Under the pieces are notes generated by a model. The model did no database searches, had not been told where the DNA came from, and saw nothing but the letters and a program-made list of their open reading frames with translations. A stretch of 64,000 nucleotides of DNA from Vicinamibacteria bacterium (GTDB lineage Bacteria > Acidobacteriota > Vicinamibacteria > Fen-336 > CBDFGD01), in the NCBI GenBank assembly GCA_965246965.1, contig CBDFGD010000001.1, positions 12,503-76,502 on the forward strand. The letters run 5' to 3'. Position numbers and translations under genes: made by a program. Below, piece by piece: positions 9,085 to 16,998 of this stretch (positions within the stretch are counted from its first letter, which is position 1; each line of letters opens with the position of its first letter).

Positions 9085-9110
9085 CCGCCCACGCTGGGCG
9101 GTTTTTGTTT
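9085..9110 (+). terminator. terminator-like hairpin in the region upstream of cspA
   Basis: CCGCCCA-CGC-TGGGCGG followed by TTTTTGTTT. It lies 56 nt upstream of the cspA start codon. Its function (insulator, attenuator or leader structure) is unknown. Confidence 0.4.
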
Positions 9111-9165
9111 CGTGAGCGCGCAAGTGGCGTAGCGACAGCACAAAGCCAGGGAGGCTTGCACGTTC

Positions 9166-9366
9166 ATGATCGAAGGTACAGTCAAGTGGTTCAACGACTC
9201 CAAGGGTTTCGGTTTCCTCAGCCGTGAGGGTGGTCCGGACGTCTTCGTCCATCACTCCGAGATCAAGGTCGAGGGTTTCCGCAGCCTCAACGAGGGTGAC
9301 AAGGTCACGTTCGAGGTCGTCGACAGCCCCAAGGGGCCGCGCGCGGCCAACGTCACTGTCGTCTAA
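9166..9366 (+). CDS. cspA: cold-shock protein (CspA family)
   Basis: [33 protein letters not shown]... contains the RNP1 (KGFGF) and RNP2 (VFVHH) motifs. GGAGG lies upstream. Confidence 0.95.
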   Translation: MIEGTVKWFNDSKGFGFLSREGGPDVFVHHSEIKVEGFRSLNEGDKVTFEVVDSPKGPRAANVTVV

Positions 9367-9388
9367 GTCGACTCTCTAGAGTCGTCCA

Positions 9389-9419
9389 GGCCCGGGGAGC
9401 AGATCCCCGGGCTTTTTTT
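9389..9419 (+). terminator. rho-independent terminator of cspA
   Basis: CCCGGGG-AGCAGAT-CCCCGGG stem followed by CTTTTTTT. Confidence 0.8.
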
Positions 9420-9451
9420 GTGCCGAGGCGCTCGAGCGCAGCCGGGCCGGG

Positions 9452-10927
9452 CTACTCGGATTTCGTCCAGAACTCGGCGTTCTTGATGCCGAGCGCGTCG
9501 GGATCGAAGGTGTACTTCTCGACCCCAGCCTTTCTCTGGGCTTCGTAGTCCTTCAACGCGACGAGCGCGGCATTGCCCATGAAGAACAGGATGAGGATGG
9601 CGATGATGTTGAGCCAGGCCATCAGACCGACGCCGATGTCGCCCAGTCCCCAGGCGAGACTGGCGTTTCGCACGGCGCCGTAGAACACCGAGGACAGCAA
9701 CCCGATCTTGAGCACGACCATCTCGCCGGGGAATTTGAAGAAGCGCCGCAGGTAGGCGACGTTGGTCTCGGCGATGTAGTAGTACGCGAGAAGCGTCGTG
9801 AAGGCGAAGAAGAACAAGGCGATGGCGACGAAGGGCTTGCCGATGCCAGGCACGACACTGTCGACCGCGAGCTGCGTGAACGCGGGGCTGTTGGCGTCTG
9901 TCGCGGCCGGCAGATTCTGAACGAGGAAACCGCCATCGGGATTGTGGACGTTGTAGGCACCCGTGATGAGGATGACGAAGGCGGTTGCCGAGCAGACGAA
10001 GAGCGTGTCTACATAAACGGAGAAGGCCTGCACCAGACCCTGTTGGGCTGGATGCTGGACCTCGGATGCAGAAGCGGCGTGCGGTCCCGTGCCCTGGCCC
10101 GCTTCGTTCGAGTAGACGCCGCGCTTGACGCCCCAGCCGATCGCGCCGCCGACACCCGCCATCGGAGAAAAGGCGTCCGCGAGGATCAGGCCGATGATCT
10201 CGGGTAGACGGGCGACGTTCATCGCGATGATGACGAGAGCCGCGACGATGTAGCCGAGCGCCATGAAGGGGACGACTATCTGGGTGAAGTGGGCGATCCT
10301 CTTGACGCCACCGAAGATGATGACCCCGAGGGCCAGGACCACGAATGCCGCCGTCACGGTCTTCGTGACACCGAGCTCACCGAGGAAGGTGTTGATGGTG
10401 CCGCCCGAGCCGAGCGCGACCTCGGCAGCGCTGCTGATGCTGTTCGCCTGGACTCCAGGGAGCAACAGGCCCGTGGCGAGGATGGTGACGACGGCAAACG
10501 TCCACGCGAACCAGCGCTGTCCCATGGCTTTCTCGATGTAGAAAGCGGGACCGCCGCGATATTGCCCTTCATCTTCTTCTTTGTAGATCTGACCGAGCGC
10601 GGATTCGACGTAGGCCGTCGACGCGCCCAGGAACGCGACGACCCACATCCAGAAGACTGCCCCCGGACCGCCGAAGCCTATGGCCGCTGCGACGCCGGCG
10701 ATGTTCCCCGTTCCGACGCGGCCCGACAGCGAGACCGCCAGCGCCTGGAACGACGAGATTCCCTTGTCGGACTCCTTGCTGGAAAACAAGAGGTGGATCA
10801 TTTCGCGGAAGAGGCGAACCTGTACGAACCGCGTCAGGACCGAGAAGAAGAGGCCCGTGCCCAGCGCCAGGTAGACGAGCGCCGGGCTCCAGACGTAGGA
10901 ATTGATGGTGTCGACCAGTGCTTGCAT
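9452..10927 (-). CDS. alanine/glycine:cation symporter (AGCS family)
   Basis: 491-aa polytopic protein with family-typical blocks (SSFQALAVSLSGRVGTGNIAGVA, GGPGAVFWMW, RGVYSNEAGQGTGP). Confidence 0.9.
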   Translation of the reverse strand: MQALVDTINSYVWSPALVYLALGTGLFFSVLTRFVQVRLFREMIHLLFSSKESDKGISSFQALAVSLSGRVGTGNIAGVAAAIGFGGPGAVFWMWVVAFLGASTAYVESALGQIYKEEDEGQYRGGPAFYIEKAMGQRWFAWTFAVVTILATGLLLPGVQANSISSAAEVALGSGGTINTFLGELGVTKTVTAAFVVLALGVIIFGGVKRIAHFTQIVVPFMALGYIVAALVIIAMNVARLPEIIGLILADAFSPMAGVGGAIGWGVKRGVYSNEAGQGTGPHAASASEVQHPAQQGLVQAFSVYVDTLFVCSATAFVILITGAYNVHNPDGGFLVQNLPAATDANSPAFTQLAVDSVVPGIGKPFVAIALFFFAFTTLLAYYYIAETNVAYLRRFFKFPGEMVVLKIGLLSSVFYGAVRNASLAWGLGDIGVGLMAWLNIIAILILFFMGNAALVALKDYEAQRKAGVEKYTFDPDALGIKNAEFWTKSE

Positions 10928-11054
10928 TGATGAGTCCTAAGAGTATGTCGGTTTTGTTGGCTGGGAACTCAGGACAGGCGAGATACTACAGTGCTCTGTG
11001 ACGGTGTGTCCCACCAGGCCGGATGACGAGGGGTACGTTGCGAACGCGCCGGGG

Positions 11055-12194
11055 CTATCGCTCGTGAATCCGTTCGATCGTCGCGACCAGCGGCCAGTGG
11101 TGCGAAACGCCGCTTCGCTCCGCCAGATGGAATCGGGCAGGCGTGCCAGCCTCGCTCACCTGGGGCGGGTAGGCATTCGCGATTCGGACAGACTCCGGCC
11201 GGATCGCCCAGCTCGCCGGGCTCGTCCGGGGAGGCGCCCAGAGAATCATGTCGAGGAACGACCAGCTGTCGTCTCGGGCGTAGTAACTCGTGCCCCTGCA
11301 ACCGTCGCAGCCCGTCTCGTGCGCGACCGTCCAGAGTGGTCGGACGAAGCGATCGAGCATGCCCTTCCCGGCGTCCTCTGAGCTGGTCGTGTTGAAGTCG
11401 CCGGCGGCGAAGACGGGGCGATCGTCTGGCAGCGCTTCACGTAGCCGGGTCAGGTGGTTGTAGGCGTCGACTCGCATTTCGGTCGGGTGGTACGGCGCCG
11501 GAAAGTGGACCGAGTAGCCCGTGAGCAGGGAGCCATCGGGCAGCTCGAACGTAGCCTCGAGGACGCCCTGTGTATCGGCGCCGCGTTCAGCAAACTCGAC
11601 GAATTCGATGGGGTGCAACCTGGCGGGTGCCGTCAGGGGGAGTCTGGAGAGGAACGCGACGTCGATGCCGCGACCATCACTCCCTTCGATCAGGATCGCC
11701 GGTCCGTACCCCAGATCCGCGAGGTGCGCGCTCCGCAGCCGCTCGAGAATCGACAGGTTCTCGACTTCCTGGAGAGCGATGATGTCAGGGCCGCGGTGGT
11801 CTCCGACCTGCCTGATCGTGTCCGCGAGCTGGCCGAGCTTGAACTCGACGGCCTCGTCGTCCCAATCGAGATACAGACATTCGTTGCGCCAGGCCTCGAC
11901 CTCGATCCTCTCGCAGGTGTCGACGTGCGCCCTGCCTTGCTTCGCCTCGGCGGGGAGGTAGGCGCTGTCGTCCTTGCCTGGGTCGTCGGCGCTGTCGAAC
12001 AGGTTCTCCACGTTGAAAGTCATGATCGTGACGGACGTCGATCGCGGCGTCGGAGCGGCAGCTTGCTCCTGGGGTGCCGGGCCCTCCGTGCAGCCCAGGA
12101 GTGCCGACAGGAAGAGAACGGACGTTCGACGAATGATTGCGTTCGAGGAGGGCATTGCGAGTGAAGCTCCCATGAATAGAGACGCGATCTTCAC
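11055..12194 (-). CDS. endonuclease/exonuclease/phosphatase (EEP) family lipoprotein
   Basis: Lipobox LSALLGC. IMTFNVENLFD, DIIALQEVEN, GDFN and SHHWPLVA are classic EEP catalytic blocks. Confidence 0.85.
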   Translation of the reverse strand: MKIASLFMGASLAMPSSNAIIRRTSVLFLSALLGCTEGPAPQEQAAAPTPRSTSVTIMTFNVENLFDSADDPGKDDSAYLPAEAKQGRAHVDTCERIEVEAWRNECLYLDWDDEAVEFKLGQLADTIRQVGDHRGPDIIALQEVENLSILERLRSAHLADLGYGPAILIEGSDGRGIDVAFLSRLPLTAPARLHPIEFVEFAERGADTQGVLEATFELPDGSLLTGYSVHFPAPYHPTEMRVDAYNHLTRLREALPDDRPVFAAGDFNTTSSEDAGKGMLDRFVRPLWTVAHETGCDGCRGTSYYARDDSWSFLDMILWAPPRTSPASWAIRPESVRIANAYPPQVSEAGTPARFHLAERSGVSHHWPLVATIERIHER

Positions 12195-12329
12195 GATACG
12201 CGAGTCGTGAGGACCTCGGCGACCGCTGCCGCGGAGTCGAGGGCGATTCAGTGCTCGCGAGCCGCGTCTTGGCGGTCCTTGAGCGTGCTACGCTCCCGCG
12301 CGAACCCGACGAGGATGCAGGAGGCTCGG

Positions 12330-14081
12330 ATGCGAAGCCACGACTTCGGACGAGGGAGCTGGGCATTGCGGCGCGCGCTCTGCGCCGCCGCGGTGGCCGG
12401 AGCGGTGACGGCCATGCCTGCGTCCGCCCAGCAGGCCGACCTCGTCTTGCGCAGTGGCAAAGTGGTGACCGTCAATGCGGCAGGAGAGATGGCCTCTGCC
12501 GTCGCGGTTCGCGGCCACGAGATCCTCGCGGTAGGCAGCGACGACGAGATCCAGTCGCACATAGGCGATTCGACCGAGGTCATCGAGCTCGACGGTCGCC
12601 TGCTGATTCCCGGCTTCATCGAGGGGCACGGTCACTTCATGGGCCTCGGAATGGCCAAGCTGCGCCTCGATCTCACCAAGGCCAGCACGTGGGACGACAT
12701 CGTAGCGATGGTTGCCGACGCGGCAAAAGAGGCCGAGCCAGGCGATTGGATTCTCGGCCGGGGCTGGCATCAGGAGAAGTGGAGCGAGACGCCGGAGCCG
12801 AACGTCGACGGCGTGCCGTTGAACGACGCTTTGAGCGTCGTCTCTCACGAGAACCCGGTGCTGCTCACTCACGCGAGTGGGCACGCGGCGTTCGCGAACG
12901 ACCGCGCGCTCGAGTTGGCGGGAGTCACGCAAGACACTGCCGACCCGGAAGGCGGGACTTTCGTGCGCGACGCCGAAGGTGAGGCGACCGGGCTGCTTCG
13001 CGAGACGGCACAGCGGATCGTCGGGCGGGCACTCAAGGAGGCTCGCTCGTCTCGCTCGGCCGAGCAGATCGAAGCCGAGGCGCGGAAGGCGGTCGAGCTG
13101 GCCGGCGAGGACGCGCTGGCGAACGGAGTGACGTCATTCCAGGACGCCGGCTCGTCGTTCGAAACTATCGACTTCTTCAAGAAGCTCGCGACAGAGGAAG
13201 CGTTGCCGATTCGCCTCTACGTAATGGTCCGACGCGAGTCCAACCAGGAGATGGAGGCCCGGCTGCCCGAGTACCTGATCGTCCCGGAGGGAAACGACTT
13301 CCTCGCTGTGCGCTCGATCAAGCGACAGATCGATGGCGCGCTCGGATCGCACGGTGCCTGGCTGCTCGCGCCGTACGCCGATCTTCCGGAGAACACGGGG
13401 CTCGTGCTCGAGTCCGTCGAGGACATCTCGCAGACCGCCGAGATCGCCATCAAGCACGGCTTTCAGGTCAACACCCACGCAATCGGGGACCGCGCCAACC
13501 GCGAGGTCCTGGACCTCTATGAGCACACTTTCCGAATCCACCCGGAGAAGAAGAACCTCCGGTGGCGCATCGAGCACGCGCAGCACTCACGCGGACGACG
13601 TGAAACGCTTCGGGGAACTCGGCGTGATCGCGGCCATGCAAGGCATTCACACCACGTCCGACGCGCCGTGGATACCCAAGCGTCTCGGCGTCGAGCGGGG
13701 CAACGCCAACTCGTACCTCTTCCGCACGCTGATCGACTCGGGGGCGGTCGTCTCGAACGGCACCGACGTTCCGGTCGAGGACATCGACCCCATGCCAGCT
13801 TTTACGGCAGCACCGTGAGGCGCACTCCCGATGGTTCCGAATTCACTCCGGAGCAGCGCATGACTCGCGTGGAGGCGTTGCGCTCCTACACGATCAATGC
13901 GGCCTACTCAGCCTTCGAGGAGCACCTCAAAGGCTCGATCGCGGTCGGCAAGCTCGCGGACCTCGTCGTGCTGTCCAAGGACATCCTGACCGTTCCCGAC
14001 GAGGAGATCCTCGACGCGCGCGCCGACGTCACGATCCTGGGTGGAAAGGTCCGGTATCGGCGGGACGCCTCGTCATTCTGA
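12330..14081 (+). CDS. amidohydrolase-family (YtcJ-like metal-dependent hydrolase), secreted; the conserved sequence switches frame twice
   Basis: ATG at 12330 follows AGGAGG. Signal peptide ...AMPASAQQ. FIEGHGHF metal motif. From about 13587 to 13797 the conserved sequence (HADDVKRFGELGVIAAMQGIHTTSDAPW...NGTDVPVEDIDPM) lies in the +1 frame (ORF 13333..13818). The long ORF reads unrelated Arg-rich sequence over that stretch. Confidence 0.8.
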   Translation: MRSHDFGRGSWALRRALCAAAVAGAVTAMPASAQQADLVLRSGKVVTVNAAGEMASAVAVRGHEILAVGSDDEIQSHIGDSTEVIELDGRLLIPGFIEGHGHFMGLGMAKLRLDLTKASTWDDIVAMVADAAKEAEPGDWILGRGWHQEKWSETPEPNVDGVPLNDALSVVSHENPVLLTHASGHAAFANDRALELAGVTQDTADPEGGTFVRDAEGEATGLLRETAQRIVGRALKEARSSRSAEQIEAEARKAVELAGEDALANGVTSFQDAGSSFETIDFFKKLATEEALPIRLYVMVRRESNQEMEARLPEYLIVPEGNDFLAVRSIKRQIDGALGSHGAWLLAPYADLPENTGLVLESVEDISQTAEIAIKHGFQVNTHAIGDRANREVLDLYEHTFRIHPEKKNLRWRIEHAQHSRGRRETLRGTRRDRGHARHSHHVRRAVDTQASRRRAGQRQLVPLPHADRLGGGRLERHRRSGRGHRPHASFYGSTVRRTPDGSEFTPEQRMTRVEALRSYTINAAYSAFEEHLKGSIAVGKLADLVVLSKDILTVPDEEILDARADVTILGGKVRYRRDASSF

Positions 14082-14380
14082 GTGACTGGACCGCCCCTCC
14101 GTCATCCTGAGCGAGTTCAGCAAGGGACGCGAGTCGAAGGATCCGCCAGCCCCGAGCTTCTACAAAGAATGAATGCCAACAGGGAGAGCAGGCGATGAAC
14201 ACGGCCGAAGCCTGTTCGTCGGAACAGCTGACGATCGAATGAAGAGGAGCAGACGGATTCTTCGCTCCTAGCGGAGACGAGCGGTTGCTCAGAATGACGC
14301 TGCTTTGGCCGTTCTCCGAGGGGACGATTCATCGTCGACGCGATCCGTCGCCCGTGGCCAGCCCTCCGTCATTCCTGCGG
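14068..14380 (+). repeat. dispersed structured repeat, copy B (variant centre) plus two isolated end-motifs
   Basis: Motifs present: CCTCGTCATTCTGAG (14068-14082), CTCCGTCATCCTGAGCG (14097-14113), CTCAGAATGACGCTGCTTTGGCCGTTCTCCGAG (to 14320) and CCTCCGTCATTCCTGCGG (14363-14380). The right arm matches 51507..51600 in reverse. Confidence 0.7.
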
Positions 14381-16996
14381 TTCGCGGGTGAAGTAGGGCG
14401 GCAGCTCCGGCGCTTCGGGCAGGGTGTCGGAGATCGTGTAGCCCTCCACCTGAAGCGACGCGACGAGCGGCTCCGCCGTGAGCAGCACCGCGAGGCCGGG
14501 CTCCGCGAAGGCGATGGGTTGACGCTCGCCGCCGCGCAAACCCCAGTGGGCCACGCGGACGAGCGCGCCGGGCGCGTCTCCTTCCACCACCTCGCTCACC
14601 TCCCATTCGCAGACGACGAGTGCGTCCCGGTACGGGGAGATCTCACGCAGGCTCGGCACCCGCGAGCAGGACCCGAGGACGGCGCGGGCAGCGAAGGGTT
14701 GGCCGGGCTCTGGAGGTGGAACCGCATCGGGAAGTGGGATGGGCGGTGCGTCGAAGCGCCAGCGTTCCAGCTCCAGGTCCTCGACGTGCACGTCCGGGTA
14801 GCGGTCCGTCGCCGGGTGTGAAGTCAGTCGCAGCGGTCGGCCGGCCAGCTCGATCGATCCCGGCTCCAGGGGTGCGCCGAAGATGTCGTAGTTCGAGCGA
14901 AAGTGGTCGTGGTCGCCGGCCGAGGCTCCAAAGACCAGCATCCGGTCGTCGCGCGAGATCATCGGGAAGTATACGTAGCGCTGGGCGGAGTGAAGCCGCC
15001 GGTCGTCCTTTTCAATCACGGTTCCGGTCGCGCCGCTGCCCAGCTCTATCCAGTGGATCGGCCCGCCACCGCCGGCGTTCCAGAATCCGATGCGTCCGTC
15101 GTGGGAGAAGTAAGGCTCGCAACCCGACCGGCGCTGCCCTGCTCCGACGCGCCTGTTCTGGGCGTCGTACGCACAGAACTTCGCGGCGCTCGTGGCGGCG
15201 TGGCTCAAGGTGGCATCGATCAGCCAGGCCAGCCGGCCTTGCGGTTCGTCGGTGAGAGGTGAGGATGCGCCGCTGCCGAGATCGAGCAGGCGAGTCCGTC
15301 CCTCGGCCTCGATGTAGATCAGGGATTGATCGTTCCGCCAGACGACCGAGCGATTCCCCCACCCATAGGGGCGCGCGTCGGCCACGAGCGTCTCCTCTCC
15401 CGTACCGTCGAGCCGAATCAGGCGCAGCTCGCCCGCGACCTCTTCTTCCGGGTACTCGTCCTTCGGCGCGGCACGGCTCAAGTAGGCGACCCGAGATCCG
15501 TCAGGGCTGATGTGGGCGCAGCAGTGCTGGAGATCCGGCTCCTCCGGCGAGAGCTTCTGGGGTGGAGAACCTTCGAGGCGGCGCATCCAGATCCGCCAGT
15601 CGCCCGTCCGGTTCGACTCCCAGGTGACGAAGCCGCGCGCCGGCAGGGGATCCTCGGGCTGACGAGTGCTCGGCCGCGGAGCCGACGTCTCCGGCGACTC
15701 TCGCGACGCGAGGTCGACGAGCCTCCAATCGCCGGCCGCCAGCTCGCGCGCCGAGAACTGGTAGACGACGAGCCGCTTGCCGGCGAGTCGATCCCGGCCG
15801 GCGGCCAGGCTTGCAGCGAGGCGCTCGCGCGCGGCCGAGGGGCCGCCGGCGTTGACGGCGAGCTTGTCCACAGGCCGATTCAAGAAGTAGCTGAGCTGTT
15901 CCGCGAGGCCAGCGCTCTCGCCCCAGCCGAGCTGTGCCTGCGAGTAGATGTTTGTGAAGCTGTCGCCCAGGACTAGAACGTCAGCTTCAGGGTCGGCCCG
16001 CCAGGGCTCGCCGCCTGGGCCGTTCACGGGTTGCGTTAGCACACTCTCCCGCCTGAATAAGGGGCGGTCGTCCGGTAGCCGGAGCAACGTTGCGAGATCG
16101 CCGCGTCCCTCGACCCCGATCTGCCCGCGCGTGAACGCGACGGGGTTCCGGTCGGGCAACGGGGCATGGCGACGCAGGAAGACGGCGAGCTCCCGGGCCG
16201 TCTCCTCCACGGCTTGGGGCGTCCAGTGCGTGTCCGTGCGCAGGAACAGAGGCCAGGCCTTGCCACGTCTCGTCGCTGCGAGTGACTCGCTCGGATCGAA
16301 CGCCGGGATATCGAGCTCCACCAGTCGCCCGAGGAAACTTTGCAGCGACTCGTTTGACAGGGGCACTTCGCCGGTCACATCCGGCGCGAGGCCTTCCGGA
16401 TGGAGGGCAGCCTTGACCGGGGTCGGCACGATCACGAGGCCGATGCCGCGATCCGCCAGCTGAGCGCCAAAGTCGGCGATCGCGAGAAGCGGGTCGGGCT
16501 GCGGTCGCCGCTCCCACGCCTCGCCACCCATCGCCTTGTCCGAGAGGACGCGAGGCTCCAGGAAACCGGGGCCGGTGAGGTAGTCGACGCCGGAGCGCAG
16601 ATAGAGCCACTCTCTCCGTGCCAGGACGACCTGCTCGCTACCCACGCCCAGCAATCGAGACAGGACCCACTGAAAGTGGGGAAGTACCAATTCCGCGACG
16701 GCGGACCGCTCCTCCAGCGCATCCTCGAACGCGTTCATCGCAGCAAGGAGCTGGCGGTTCCCTGCGAGCGGCCCTGCGGATCTCGCAGCCGCCCGCGCCC
16801 GCGCCGGCGCATCGGCCAGCTGCGGCCACGGCGACCCCGATCCGCGTCTCGCATCGCGCGCGATCTCGAGCGCAGCTACGCCGACGAGCATCGTCAGGAA
16901 CACGATGCCCAGCCCACGAGCGACGCTCGGGCTCACCTCCGTGACCCCCACCTCCCGTGCCGCCTGTTCCTCTCGCGTCTCCGTGTGGTCGTTCAT
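14369..16996 (-). CDS. AlgJ/AlgX-like (DHHW/SGNH-type) O-acetyltransferase domain fused to a TolB-like beta-propeller
   Basis: ATG at 16996 lies 2 nt after the MBOAT stop. N-terminal TM segment (GIVFLTMLVGVAALEI). LRTDTHWT motif and LVLGDSFTN. The C-terminal ~350 aa has PD40-like repeats (HISPDGSRVAYLS, YFSHDGRIGFW, MISRDDRMLVF). The 1189-aa ORF in the track is read-through into the MBOAT gene region. Confidence 0.8.
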   Translation of the reverse strand: MNDHTETREEQAAREVGVTEVSPSVARGLGIVFLTMLVGVAALEIARDARRGSGSPWPQLADAPARARAAARSAGPLAGNRQLLAAMNAFEDALEERSAVAELVLPHFQWVLSRLLGVGSEQVVLARREWLYLRSGVDYLTGPGFLEPRVLSDKAMGGEAWERRPQPDPLLAIADFGAQLADRGIGLVIVPTPVKAALHPEGLAPDVTGEVPLSNESLQSFLGRLVELDIPAFDPSESLAATRRGKAWPLFLRTDTHWTPQAVEETARELAVFLRRHAPLPDRNPVAFTRGQIGVEGRGDLATLLRLPDDRPLFRRESVLTQPVNGPGGEPWRADPEADVLVLGDSFTNIYSQAQLGWGESAGLAEQLSYFLNRPVDKLAVNAGGPSAARERLAASLAAGRDRLAGKRLVVYQFSARELAAGDWRLVDLASRESPETSAPRPSTRQPEDPLPARGFVTWESNRTGDWRIWMRRLEGSPPQKLSPEEPDLQHCCAHISPDGSRVAYLSRAAPKDEYPEEEVAGELRLIRLDGTGEETLVADARPYGWGNRSVVWRNDQSLIYIEAEGRTRLLDLGSGASSPLTDEPQGRLAWLIDATLSHAATSAAKFCAYDAQNRRVGAGQRRSGCEPYFSHDGRIGFWNAGGGGPIHWIELGSGATGTVIEKDDRRLHSAQRYVYFPMISRDDRMLVFGASAGDHDHFRSNYDIFGAPLEPGSIELAGRPLRLTSHPATDRYPDVHVEDLELERWRFDAPPIPLPDAVPPPEPGQPFAARAVLGSCSRVPSLREISPYRDALVVCEWEVSEVVEGDAPGALVRVAHWGLRGGERQPIAFAEPGLAVLLTAEPLVASLQVEGYTISDTLPEAPELPPYFTREPQE

Positions 16997-16998
16997 GA

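Noticed and set aside
10928-11054. Glycine riboswitch upstream of the alanine/glycine:cation symporter
   Set aside because: AGCS transporters are often glycine-riboswitch controlled. The 127-nt leader does not contain the GGAGAG...CACCG...CTCAGG core blocks on either strand as far as I can read.
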